Of a stretch of DNA of 48,495 bases, positions 34,232 through 43,354 are shown in pieces. Every line of letters starts with the position of its first letter. Position 1 is the first letter of the stretch. The DNA is from Methanobacteriota archaeon (GTDB lineage: Archaea; Thermoplasmatota; Thermoplasmata; RBG-16-68-12), in the NCBI GenBank assembly GCA_005879065.1, contig VBLU01000083.1, positions 1-48,495 of the forward strand, read 5' to 3'. The notes under the pieces are model-generated. The model ran no database searches. It saw nothing but the letters and a program-made list of their open reading frames with translations, and was not told the DNA's origin. The position numbers and the translations under genes were made by a program.

Positions 34232-34516
34232 ATGGACCTGCGTGCTCTCGTCGACCGGGACATTGCGCTCACAGAACGCGCTCTCGGGAAGGCCAAGATT
34301 GCGGTGCCGGAACGATCTCACCTCCGGAAGGTGGCGGAAGACTTCGTGACGATGGCCCGGGCGTATTACGCGGACGCGAAGCACTTCCGGGACGCGGGGG
34401 AGTTGGACAAGGCCCTCGCAAACGTCAACTACGCCCATGGTTGGCTCGACGCGGGTGCGCGACTAGGCCTCTTCGATGTCGGCGGCGACGACCAGCTCTT
34501 CACGCTGAGCGAATGA
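34232..34516 (+). CDS. Small helical protein, DUF357-like
   Basis: 94 aa. MARAYYADAKHFRDAGELDKALANVNYAHGWLDAGARLG matches my recollection of the archaeal DUF357 pattern. Confidence 0.55.
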   Translation: MDLRALVDRDIALTERALGKAKIAVPERSHLRKVAEDFVTMARAYYADAKHFRDAGELDKALANVNYAHGWLDAGARLGLFDVGGDDQLFTLSE

Positions 34517-35389
34517 TCACAGGACGCGTGCACCTTCGTTGTCGACCTCGCATCGCTGCAAGGTGCCGAACTTGCGGTAGAGGCTCGCTAGCTGCTCCGA
34601 ATTCCCGGTGGCGAACAAGGAGTTGCCGAGCATGGCCATCGTCGCCCTCCCGAACATCCGGCTTGCTCGGATCACCTCGAGCATGGTCCGATTTGCAAGT
34701 CCCGTCTCTTCCGCAAACCGGTTCCCGAGGTCGAACAATCGTTCGAAGCTTGGGGACCGGGAAAATTCATCGACCAATGCCCCGCCAACCCGATTGATCG
34801 TCGCGACCTTCGGCGCATCGCGAAGGATGCTCTTCGTCGGGATCTCCTGTCCGAGGACCGCGAGCAGAAGGTCCGCTTGCACAGGGAAGGTTCGAACTTC
34901 GCTGTAGCCGGGCGCGCCCGGTTTCCACCGGAGGTCCATGCCTCCGAGGGAGGCGGGGACGACATCGCCAAGTCCCGTGGCGCATTCGACCTCCGTCTCA
35001 TGGGCGATGGCCACGAGCTCGTCGCGAGGCAGTCCTCCTCCGAGCGCCTCATCCAGCGCGAGCGCCGTGCTGAGGGCCGCGGCCGCACTCACTCCGAAAC
35101 CTTGCGACACGGGCAAGGGGGTTTCGCTCAGGATTTTGATCTCGAGCGACCGCGAACCGGTGAGCTTCTCGACGACGCGCTGCGTGACCTCGGCCTTCTG
35201 GCGGCGCTCATTCACCATGATGTCGAGGGAGGAGCGTCTCGCTTCCCGGACCTTGGCGACCGTCCGGACACCGAGGCTTAGCGACAGCCCGGCACCGCGA
35301 GATCCCTTGGCTCGGGGATCCGGGTCCTCATGGACCTCGAAGAAGGCCGTTGCGTGTCCGGGGCAGAACGCCTCACCCTCGGACACCAT
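34517..35389 (-). CDS. GHMP-family kinase, pantoate kinase-like
   Basis: ORF 34517..35548, start at ATG 35389 (MVSEGEAFCPGHATAFF). PVSQGFGVSAAAALSTALAL and ATGLGDVVPASLGG. It is adjacent to coaBC. Confidence 0.7.
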   Translation of the reverse strand: MVSEGEAFCPGHATAFFEVHEDPDPRAKGSRGAGLSLSLGVRTVAKVREARRSSLDIMVNERRQKAEVTQRVVEKLTGSRSLEIKILSETPLPVSQGFGVSAAAALSTALALDEALGGGLPRDELVAIAHETEVECATGLGDVVPASLGGMDLRWKPGAPGYSEVRTFPVQADLLLAVLGQEIPTKSILRDAPKVATINRVGGALVDEFSRSPSFERLFDLGNRFAEETGLANRTMLEVIRASRMFGRATMAMLGNSLFATGNSEQLASLYRKFGTLQRCEVDNEGARVL

Positions 35390-36484
35390 GCAGGACGGCC
35401 CGCCACACCCGCTCCGCCGCGAGCGACTTCGATCCCTCGAATGTCTCCGAGTGACCTTTGCGGTCGAAGATCGTGATGGAGGTCGTGTCTCCCTTGACCT
35501 TCGATACGTCGTTGGCCACGACGAAGTCCAAATCCGCTTCCTTCGCAAGCGTCATCGCCCGGGACTTGAGCTCCGCCTCGCCGACCCCGGCTTCGGCCTT
35601 GAACCCGACGAGGGCCTTCCGTGTGCCCTTGCGGAATCGCCCAAGCAGTTTGGGGGTGGGCTCTAGGTCCAGGGTGAGCGTCCCTTTGCGGCTCGGGATT
35701 TTTCCCGTCTGCTTCTTCACCGGACTGAAGTCGGCGACGGCAGCAGGCACGACACAAATGTCCGCATCCGTCTTCTCGGCCATGCTGGCCAGGTCTTCCG
35801 TCGTCTCGAACGACTTGTAGGGAAGCCAAGGTGGGACCGGCACCTCGTGGCGTCCGAGCCACAATTCCACATCGGCTCCATGCTCGAACGCGGTTCTCGC
35901 GAGTTCGATGCCGGTCCCGCCGGACGACCGGTTCGTGACCACGCGGACATCGTCGATGGGTTCCACCGTTTCGCCTTGTCTTCGTCGCGGCGCGGGTCGA
36001 CAAACTCAATCCCGAGTTCCCGCAGGCGGCGGACGTTCGCGGCGACGGCCGGGTTGTCGATCATGGACTCGTGGGCTGCCGGTGCAAGGAGGATCGGGAT
36101 GCCCGAGCCGAGTGCATTCGTCGCGTACGTCGTCACAGTAGTGTCATCGATTCCCTGAGCGATCTTGCCCATCGTATTCGCAGTGCAGGGAGCGATCAAG
36201 AGGAGGTCGGCCTTCCCGTCGCGCCCGCACATCTCGAGATACTCCATGGAGCCGGTGATGGCGGTGACCACGGCGTGCCCGGTCGCGTATTCCAGGGCGT
36301 TCGGATGGACGATCTCGAGTGCCGATCGGGTCAGGACCGCATGGACGTCGGCCCCGTGGCGGATCAGCTCATGGGCCAGCTTCACCGTTTCCACGGCTGC
36401 GATGCTGCCCGTGACCCCGAGGACGATCGTCTTGCCGTGGAGCTTCGGGCTCTTCCGTCCGCGCAGTCGCTCCGCCGGATGCAT
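35373..36484 (-). pseudogene. coaBC: Bifunctional CoaBC (PPC decarboxylase / PPC synthetase), two frames with a missing linker
   Basis: The CoaC part ([13 protein letters not shown]...[11 protein letters not shown]...[12 protein letters not shown]) is in the frame of ORF 35717..37111, starting at ATG 36484. The CoaB part ([21 protein letters not shown]...) is in the frame of ORF 35373..35966. The frames switch near 35969-35972, and about 35 aa (linker plus first Rossmann strand) are absent. Confidence 0.8.
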
Positions 36485-36506
36485 CCTGTGAACGATTGCC
36501 ATGCGC

Positions 36507-36520
36507 GATATATATGTATG
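36507..36520 (-). promoter_or_regulatory. TATA box for coaBC
   Basis: CATACATATATATC on the minus strand, about 32 nt upstream of ATG 36484 and only about 5-10 nt from the upstream ATG 36502. Confidence 0.55.
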
Positions 36521-36550
36521 GGCCTCGTTCGATTCCTCGGTCCGCGATCG

Positions 36551-36564
36551 GGCAACCTTTAACC
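36551..36564 (+). promoter_or_regulatory. BRE/TATA-like element for folC
   Basis: GGCAACCTTTAACC. The TTTAA lies 35 nt upstream of ATG 36593. Confidence 0.5.
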
Positions 36565-36592
36565 CGCGAGGTCCGTTAGCCCGGCCGGACCG

Positions 36593-37879
36593 ATGGATTA
36601 CGACGCGACCCTTGAGCACCTCTATCGTCTCGAGCGGTTCGGGATCAAGCTGGGCCTGGACAACATCCGACGGCTTCTTTCCCTGCTGGGGGATCCCCAC
36701 CGCGGCCTGAAGGTCCTTCACGTCACCGGCACGAACGGCAAGGGTTCCGTGTGCGCATACGCGGCCTCCGTCCTTGAGAAAGCCGGCTATCGCGTCGGCT
36801 TGTACACGTCCCCACACCTCGTCCGCTTCAACGAGCGGATCCAAGTGAACCGCACTCCGATTACGGATGACGATGTCTTGCGCCTTTGGTCGGGGATGCA
36901 GCCGGCGATTCGAGCGATGACCGCCGCCCGGGCGATCGACCATCCTACGTTCTTCGAGGTGACGACCGCGATGGCCTTCGAGTACTTCCACGAGCGGCAG
37001 GTGGACATCGCTGTGATCGAGGTGGGGATGGGGGGGCGGATGGATGCGACGAATGTCGTGGACGGCCTCGTCTCCGTGGTCACGCGCGTGGACCTCGAGC
37101 ATACGGAGCACTTGGGGAAGACTGTATCCCGCATCGCTCGGGAGAAGGCGGGCATCATCAAACCTACCTCACGGGCGGTGACCGTGGCGCAGTCCGCCCT
37201 CCCCGTGATCGAGGCTCGGTGCCGCGAGTTGCACGCGCCTTTGACTGTCGTCAATCGGGACGTCCGCGCGGAACGCGGAGGGAGCGACTGGCGAGGCCAA
37301 GACATACGGATTCGCGGGTCCTTCGGGGAGATTGATGTCCGAACGCCTTTGCTCGGCACCTTTCAGGTGGAGAATGTCGCCCTCGCGGTCGCTGCCTTGG
37401 TGGACCTCCGCGGAGCCGGTTTCTCGATCCCCTTGGAGGCGATTCGACGCGGCATCGCGACGGCGCGGTGGCCCGGTCGCCTGGACTTGATCGGGGAAAA
37501 GCCATCTATCCTCGTTGATGGCGCCCACAATCGGCCCGCCGCTGAGGCGCTTGCGGGGGCCATCACGGATTTGCTCCCGGGTCGAAAGGTCCTGCTTGTC
37601 GTGGGCATCTTGAACGACAAGGACCTAGCGGGGATGGCGGCGGCCCTCGGGCCCCTCGCATCCCGCGTGTATGCCTGCCGCCCGAAGACGCACCGCGCGT
37701 TCGATGGCGAAGAGGTCGCTCGCGCGTTTCGGCTGCATGCGGAGAGCGTCTCGATTCCATCCGTCCGGGATGCGATCGACGCGTCGATTCGGGGTGCAGG
37801 CTCCGACGACATCATTCTGATCACGGGATCGATTTACACGGCGGGGGAGGCCCTTGACCACCTCGGCGTCCATCCGTGA
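36593..37879 (+). CDS. folC: Folylpolyglutamate synthase / dihydrofolate synthase
   Basis: [31 protein letters not shown] and VDGAHN. 428 aa. Confidence 0.9.
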   Translation: MDYDATLEHLYRLERFGIKLGLDNIRRLLSLLGDPHRGLKVLHVTGTNGKGSVCAYAASVLEKAGYRVGLYTSPHLVRFNERIQVNRTPITDDDVLRLWSGMQPAIRAMTAARAIDHPTFFEVTTAMAFEYFHERQVDIAVIEVGMGGRMDATNVVDGLVSVVTRVDLEHTEHLGKTVSRIAREKAGIIKPTSRAVTVAQSALPVIEARCRELHAPLTVVNRDVRAERGGSDWRGQDIRIRGSFGEIDVRTPLLGTFQVENVALAVAALVDLRGAGFSIPLEAIRRGIATARWPGRLDLIGEKPSILVDGAHNRPAAEALAGAITDLLPGRKVLLVVGILNDKDLAGMAAALGPLASRVYACRPKTHRAFDGEEVARAFRLHAESVSIPSVRDAIDASIRGAGSDDIILITGSIYTAGEALDHLGVHP

Positions 37880-38609
37880 GCGGATCCCATTCATCATGCG
37901 AGACTTGGCGAGGCGGTACCTTCCCGCCGGCGACCTACGCCAAGGGGAGACGGCTCTCGCAAAGATCGTTGCAGAGCGGGAGGACCCGTTCCTCGTCCTG
38001 ATCTCCACGATTTTGTCCCAAAGGACCCGGGACGAAATGACCGAGCAGGCGTCGCAGCAGTTGTTCGCAAAGTACGACACGCCTCAAGGGATTGCGCATG
38101 CGGACCGGGGGGACTTGGAGCGTCTGATCAAACCAGTCGGCTTCTACCGCCAGAAGGCGGGCCAAATTCAGAAAGTGAGTCGACTCCTCCTCGAGCGACA
38201 CGGAGGAGTTGTTCCCGGGACCTATGAGGAGCTCATCGAGCTTCCTCAGGTCGGCCCGAAGACGGCGAACTGCGTCCTTGTCTACGGTTTCGGCGAGCCT
38301 CGAATTCCGACGGATACCAACGTGCACCGGGTGAGCAACCGCCTCGGGCTCGTGCGGACGAAGGCCCCCGAGGCGACCGAGCAGCGGCTTGTGGCGACGG
38401 TCCCCAAGGAATACTGGCTCCTCATCAATGAACTCTTCATTCGGTTCGGGAAGGACCTTTGCCGGCCGATCGGGCCGATCTGTCCGCGGTGCTCTTTCAC
38501 AGAGTTCTGTCGCTTCTACCCGCGGACGAAGTGGGGAAAGGCGACTCGAAGGGCCGTGCGTCGACCGCAGGTTCATCGCTCCCGACGCCGTTCCTTGTCC
38601 CATGATTGA
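37854..38609 (+). CDS. nth: Endonuclease III (HhH-GPD, 4Fe-4S)
   Basis: ILSQRTRD, LPQVGPKTANCVL, TDTNVHRV, and cluster C-x6-C-x2-C-x5-C (CRPIGPICPRCSFTEFC). The start is either TTG 37854 or ATG 37896. Confidence 0.9.
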   Translation: MTTSASIRERIPFIMRDLARRYLPAGDLRQGETALAKIVAEREDPFLVLISTILSQRTRDEMTEQASQQLFAKYDTPQGIAHADRGDLERLIKPVGFYRQKAGQIQKVSRLLLERHGGVVPGTYEELIELPQVGPKTANCVLVYGFGEPRIPTDTNVHRVSNRLGLVRTKAPEATEQRLVATVPKEYWLLINELFIRFGKDLCRPIGPICPRCSFTEFCRFYPRTKWGKATRRAVRRPQVHRSRRRSLSHD

Positions 38610-39972
38610 GCCTGACGAGCGGACCAAAATCTATTCCACCCTCGATACCCGTTTCGAGGACTTCGTCACGATCCTGTCGGACTACCTTCGCGTCCCGACG
38701 ATCTCCGCGCATGGCGCGAAGTTCCAGGAGGGGGCCGAGGCGACGAAGAAGGTCCTCGAGGCGATTGGGGCAGACGTCCGACTCGTCCCGGAGGAAGGCG
38801 GACCTCCCGTCGTCATCGGCGAGGTCGAAGAGGATCCAACCTTACCTTGGGTGATTCTGTACAACCACTACGATGTCCAACCGGTCGATCCTCTGGACGA
38901 ATGGAGGTCGGACCCTTTCGACCCTGTCATCCGCGACGGGAAGCTTTACGCCCGGGGGGCGGCGGACACGAAGGGCAACACGGTTGCGCAGGCGCTTGCC
39001 GTTCAGGCGATTCGCGATGTGGCCGGTCGCCTTCCGGTGAACGTGCGGTTCTTCGTCGACGGCGAGGAGGAGAGCGGGAGCCCGCATCTGCTGCCCTTCG
39101 CGGAGGACCATCCGGACCTGTTCCGGGGCCTCGGCGCGACGATCGAGGCCGCCGCGCACACGCGCGAGGGGAAGCCTTCCCTGAGTCTCGGTTCGAAGGG
39201 GATCTTGAGTGTCGAGCTCGAGGTGAGGACCTCTGCCGTGGATCAACACTCCTCCCTGGCCACCGTGATCCCGAACGCTGCCTGGCGGCTCATTGCAGCG
39301 CTCCGAAGCCTTCGATCGGAGCGCGGGAGGATCCTCATCGACGGTTTTCTCGACGGGGTGCCGCCTCCGGATCCAGGGATGTTGCGATACCTCCGAAGGA
39401 ATACGGCCGACCCAATAGCGTACAAGGAAGACTACGGGGCCAGAGAGATTTACGGCGGAAAGACACGCTACGCGCGTATCAAACAGGCCACCTACGGGAC
39501 GACGTGCACGATTGACGGAATTTGGAGTGGCTACACGGGAGCGGGTCACAAGACTGTGAATCCAGCTGTGGCTCATGCGAAGCTCGACTTCCGCCTCCTC
39601 CCGGGTCAGCGACCGGATGCGATCTTCGATCTCCTTGTCGCCCACCTCCGAACGAAAGGCTTCTCCGACGTCAAGGTGGAAAAGCACTCCGTCTTCGAGC
39701 CCGCGGCGTCTGCGATCTCGGAGCGTCTTCCGCAGGCGATCCTCGCCGCGACGCGGGAGGTGTACGGGACAGAACCGAACGTGTTCCCCTGGTCCTACGG
39801 CTCGTCCACGACGTGGTACTTCACTCGGATGGGGACACCCGCCCCTCACCCGCCCGGAGTGGGATATCAAGGGAGCCGAGCGCACGCCCCGAACGAGCAG
39901 ATCCGCCTCGACGATGCGCGTCGAGCCATGAAGGTCGCCGCCGGAATGCTGATGGCCCTTGAGCACTCGTGA
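38602..39972 (+). CDS. M20-family metallopeptidase (dipeptidase/deacylase)
   Basis: ORF 38389..39972, start at ATG 38602, overlapping the nth stop by 8 nt. NHYDVQPV, ARGAADTKGN, VDGEEESGSP and AHAPNE. Confidence 0.85.
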   Translation: MIEPDERTKIYSTLDTRFEDFVTILSDYLRVPTISAHGAKFQEGAEATKKVLEAIGADVRLVPEEGGPPVVIGEVEEDPTLPWVILYNHYDVQPVDPLDEWRSDPFDPVIRDGKLYARGAADTKGNTVAQALAVQAIRDVAGRLPVNVRFFVDGEEESGSPHLLPFAEDHPDLFRGLGATIEAAAHTREGKPSLSLGSKGILSVELEVRTSAVDQHSSLATVIPNAAWRLIAALRSLRSERGRILIDGFLDGVPPPDPGMLRYLRRNTADPIAYKEDYGAREIYGGKTRYARIKQATYGTTCTIDGIWSGYTGAGHKTVNPAVAHAKLDFRLLPGQRPDAIFDLLVAHLRTKGFSDVKVEKHSVFEPAASAISERLPQAILAATREVYGTEPNVFPWSYGSSTTWYFTRMGTPAPHPPGVGYQGSRAHAPNEQIRLDDARRAMKVAAGMLMALEHS

Positions 39973-40113
39973 CTCGTCCTCGTGCGGGGAGTGACCCCGG
40001 GGTTGACAGTGGACCCCCGATTTCGGCCGCATTGCGGACTGTGCGTATCATGCTATCAATGAGAATCCGAAGTCGGCAAGGTCGCCCAGAATGCTGCGGT
40101 GCGAAGCCTATGA

Positions 40114-40181
40114 TTCATATCGTCCTCTAAGGTTCAGACGTCATCATGCGGATCGACCGCGCTGAATTCCGTCGTCCACCC
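40114..40181 (+). repeat. Direct repeat copy A: promoter plus first codons of an epimerase-like gene
   Basis: TTCATATCGT-22nt-ATGCGGATCGAC-6nt-GAATTCC...CACCC. It has the same block order and spacing as 43286..43354. Confidence 0.7.
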
Positions 40182-40217
40182 GGTGTTCGTGACGTCCTTT
40201 CCGAGGGTTTTGGGTAA
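40146..40217 (+). other. 23-codon relic ORF/uORF (MRIDRAEFRRPPGVRDVLSEGFG)
   Basis: It shares MRID-xx-EF with the start of the epimerase gene (MRIDLMEF). It ends 2 nt before ATG 40220 of K3. Confidence 0.5.
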
Positions 40218-40219
40218 CG

Positions 40220-41338
40220 ATGGAATCGACCGGTCGCCTCCCCGAGGATCCTGCGCTGCCCGCGCTCGAGGCCATCCGGATCAAAGGGCTTGCCCGCGCC
40301 ATCCCGGGGCTTGAACTGGACAATGATCCGGTCGAGCTTCGCCTCTGTAACTATGTTGCCGGATCGCGTGCGACGTTCGAGGCCCGCGTTGGCGACCGTC
40401 GCTTCGCCGTCAAGGCGTATGCGGAGGATCCGGCGCCCGAAGCGCAATTGTACCGAAGGCTCTCCCGGATGGGACTCGGGGGCGATTTCGGGGCTCGCGT
40501 CCCCAAGCTCATCACGACGAGCCGGGAGCTGAAGGTCCTCGTCATGAGCTGGCTCGAAGGTCGGCCTTTGAGTCACCTGATCAGAAGGGGACTCGGCGAA
40601 CGAGCGGGTCAACTCGCGGCCTCCTGGTTGTGGCACGCTTCACGACGTCGGATTCGGATCGGTCCGCCATGCGGACCTGGGCGCATGCTCTATCAGGCAG
40701 GTGTTTCCGCGGGCGTGCTAGGGGCGTCCGACCGACTCCTCGGTGCCGACGCCAAAGCAGCCACCAAGAAGCTGGTTCGGATGCAACCCGGCGAGAAGCC
40801 CCGTCAGCTGGTCCACGGGACCCTCTACGCGCGGCACATCCTCGACTTGGGCGACGGCCCCGGTGTAATCGACTGGCAGCAGTTCGGGCAAGGCCCGGTC
40901 GAGGTCGACGCCGGGATGTTCCTGGCCACGATTTCGCGCCTTGCCTTCCGGCACCCGGACGTGGCGGACGAGGCGGCGCGGGCGGAGGAGACGTTCATGG
41001 CGAGGACGCGAGGTCTGGTGGACGCTCGCATCGTGGAATGGTACCGAGCCGCGGGGCTGCTACACTTGGCCGGGAGCGGGTTGAAGACCGGTCTAAGGCG
41101 GTCGGTCCCTACACCCGAGGCGCACGCCCTCGTTGCCGAAGCCTCCCGACGAGCCGAGCTCCTGATCGGAAGCCATCCGATTTTGTTGGCCGAGGCACCG
41201 ACCACGTTTGCGCGGATTCGATCCATCTTCACGGCTCGTCCGCGCGCTCCCAGCCTCGTCCACCCGGCGGTCCCCATGGCGAAAGTCGGACCCGATCTGA
41301 AGAACCCCGGTGGAACCGATGGAACGAGACTCCGATGA
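40220..41338 (+). CDS. APH-fold kinase-like protein K3, predicted pseudokinase
   Basis: Same family as K1/K2 (DPALPALEAI, FAVKAYAED, VIDWQQFGQGPVEVDAG). The catalytic loop reads VHGTLYARHIL in place of HGD....N (Thr codon at 40820..40822). Confidence 0.8.
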   Translation: MESTGRLPEDPALPALEAIRIKGLARAIPGLELDNDPVELRLCNYVAGSRATFEARVGDRRFAVKAYAEDPAPEAQLYRRLSRMGLGGDFGARVPKLITTSRELKVLVMSWLEGRPLSHLIRRGLGERAGQLAASWLWHASRRRIRIGPPCGPGRMLYQAGVSAGVLGASDRLLGADAKAATKKLVRMQPGEKPRQLVHGTLYARHILDLGDGPGVIDWQQFGQGPVEVDAGMFLATISRLAFRHPDVADEAARAEETFMARTRGLVDARIVEWYRAAGLLHLAGSGLKTGLRRSVPTPEAHALVAEASRRAELLIGSHPILLAEAPTTFARIRSIFTARPRAPSLVHPAVPMAKVGPDLKNPGGTDGTRLR

Positions 41339-41629
41339 ATCCGATCAAGGAACTTGCCGACGACCCCGGATCCCTGCGAATTGCGGTCATTCGCGAGCAG
41401 GGGTTGCCGCCGCGATTCCGTCACTAGGCCGTGCAATCGCTGCCTCCGTCCCAACGATTCCATACATGACCGACTCTCGGCCCCCGAATGTCGTCTTGTG
41501 GACTGCCGCTGCCCGAGACTGTGGAGACCGTCCGCTTATCCGTGGTGCAATGTGGTCCCTCTTGTACCAGACCCGAATGCATCCGGTGCCGCAGCCTTGA
41601 TGCGGCCGACCTCCTCCCGTCGGCGGAGC

Positions 41630-43180
41630 ATGAAGGGAATGTCCGGCGCATTCCCCGGATGGGTCAGGGCGCCGAATGGACGACGGCGTACGAGTCAGTC
41701 CTCTGAGCATACTGACCTCGGGTCAGGATTGCGTGCCTTCAAGGGACGGATCGTGGGGGTCAATAACCGGCTCCCGGCCGCCTCCCAACCAACGAATCTC
41801 GGCGACGACCTTCTGGAAGAAGTGAGGAAATCGCTCAAGCGTCTCAAGGTCCTCGAAGGTCTGAAGGCAGACCGGGACCCAATCCTGACGCCGATCACGA
41901 CTCCGGACGACGACCCTCCAGAGCCTTCGGCACCCGAGAAAGAGGACTACGGGAGCCCCGTCGCACGGCCTTCGAAAGTCATTGCGACTCTCCTGGTCAC
42001 TCTCGTCATTGCGAGCTCGCTCGGATGGGTCCTCTTCCTCTCCCACCCCGGAACGGTGCCTCGAAACGCGTTCGATGTCCTAGGACCTCGATGGAAGGAC
42101 GAATCCGCCACACACTTCACGTTCGCGGCATCCGCCGATTTCGGGGGCCTCGACAACAGTGATTCGATGGCGCTCGCGATCCGGGCCCGAGTTATGCCGG
42201 AACTCGTCATCGTCCCCGGAACCCACGATATGGGCGGGAGTGGAGGCGGAAACATATCCCGGTACGTGAAGAACTGCCCATATCCTCTATCCTCGGCGGT
42301 CATGCCCGGCCCAGGTACCCCCGGGTACGGTTTCGAGTATTACTTCGATTACCCGACGGAAACGCCCCTCGCACGGTTCATCATGATCTCTCCCGGCCTC
42401 GGAGGTGGACTGAAGTACAATTATAGCGAGGAGTCAGCCCATACGGAGTGGATCGAGGATGTCGTGGACAATGCGCGAGATCAGAGGATCCCGTGGGTCA
42501 TCGTCGGGGGACATGCGGACTGCATCACGGTCGGAAGGAAGGACCGCTGTTCGATGGGTCAAGAGCTCTTCGACGAGATCGTCGGAGCCAAGGTGGACCT
42601 GATCCTGGCCGGCCATGACCATGCATACGCTCGGAGCAAGCAGCTCAAGGAGTCTGACTCCTGTAAGTCTGTCAACTCCACCGGCCCGGTTCAGCCATCC
42701 TGTATCGTCGAAGATGGATTGCACGGGGCGTATCCGAAGGGCAACGGGACGGTGGTGATCACCCAGGGGGTCGGAGGGGATGACCTCGACAACGTCGTGC
42801 TTAACGACACCGACCCCCAAGTTCGGTACTTCGTCGAAGCGATGGGCCAGAACGCGAATACGGAGGGCGCGCTCCCCGGGTTCGGGTCCGTGTTCTACAC
42901 CGTGACGGCGAATTCGATTTCCGCGAGAACCGATTTCTGTTTGCCCGGGTCGGTTTCGCCGGACGGACAGTGCACCGCAGATACCGGTCGTGTGTTCACA
43001 GATCGGTTCTCCATTTCCGACCGGGTCGGCGATCCGGGTCTGTCTCCCGCGGGAGGGTCGGACCCTCAGGCTCCGAATGCTTTGAACGAGTACAGCCTCC
43101 TTGTCGACGCGCTCGTGCAACGAATGTCGCTGCCGGAATCCTGGCAATCCTTCGTTGCTCGCGAAGAGCCGCGGCAATAA
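41630..43180 (+). CDS. Membrane-anchored purple-acid-phosphatase-like metallophosphoesterase paralog (MPE2), motif II absent
   Basis: ORF 41354..43180, start at ATG 41630 (MKGM..., as in MPE1). It is collinear with MPE1 (ESATHFTFAA, NCPYPLSS, GHDHAYARS). It reads ASADFGG, has PGTHD at the GNHD position, and lacks about 28 aa including GDLGY (junction about 42190). Confidence 0.8.
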   Translation: MKGMSGAFPGWVRAPNGRRRTSQSSEHTDLGSGLRAFKGRIVGVNNRLPAASQPTNLGDDLLEEVRKSLKRLKVLEGLKADRDPILTPITTPDDDPPEPSAPEKEDYGSPVARPSKVIATLLVTLVIASSLGWVLFLSHPGTVPRNAFDVLGPRWKDESATHFTFAASADFGGLDNSDSMALAIRARVMPELVIVPGTHDMGGSGGGNISRYVKNCPYPLSSAVMPGPGTPGYGFEYYFDYPTETPLARFIMISPGLGGGLKYNYSEESAHTEWIEDVVDNARDQRIPWVIVGGHADCITVGRKDRCSMGQELFDEIVGAKVDLILAGHDHAYARSKQLKESDSCKSVNSTGPVQPSCIVEDGLHGAYPKGNGTVVITQGVGGDDLDNVVLNDTDPQVRYFVEAMGQNANTEGALPGFGSVFYTVTANSISARTDFCLPGSVSPDGQCTADTGRVFTDRFSISDRVGDPGLSPAGGSDPQAPNALNEYSLLVDALVQRMSLPESWQSFVAREEPRQ

Positions 43181-43285
43181 TTCTCGACTCCGGCTGCAGC
43201 AGTGCAGAAACGGTTTCGTGGTCTCTTCACCGAAAACCCCGAATGAAGCGGCGTTGTCCTGAGGAATGATTTGCAGAGCCCAGGG

Positions 43286-43354
43286 TTCATATCGTGCTTG
43301 CCCATTCGGACGACGTCATGCGAATCGACTTGATGGAATTCCTTCCGGTCACCC
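43286..43354 (+). repeat. Direct repeat copy B: promoter plus first codons of the epimerase gene
   Basis: TTCATATCGT-22nt-ATGCGAATCGAC-6nt-GAATTCC...CACCC. Pairs with 40114..40181. Confidence 0.7.

Noticed and set aside
38842-40032. 396-aa minus-strand ORF
   Set aside because: It lies antisense to the M20 peptidase gene, which carries all metal-site motifs.
39973-40113. Short GC-rich hairpins after the M20 gene (CGGGG-agtga-CCCCG, GGGGT-n9-ACCCC) as terminators or a structured RNA
   Set aside because: The stems are only 5 bp and there is no T-tract. Such hairpins occur by chance in high-GC DNA.
41354-41629. 92-codon N-terminal extension of the MPE2 ORF (Cys/Arg/Pro-rich)
   Set aside because: The paralog MPE1 starts at the equivalent MKGM, and the shared AGCCTTGAT promoter block lies inside this extension. 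The composition looks non-coding.
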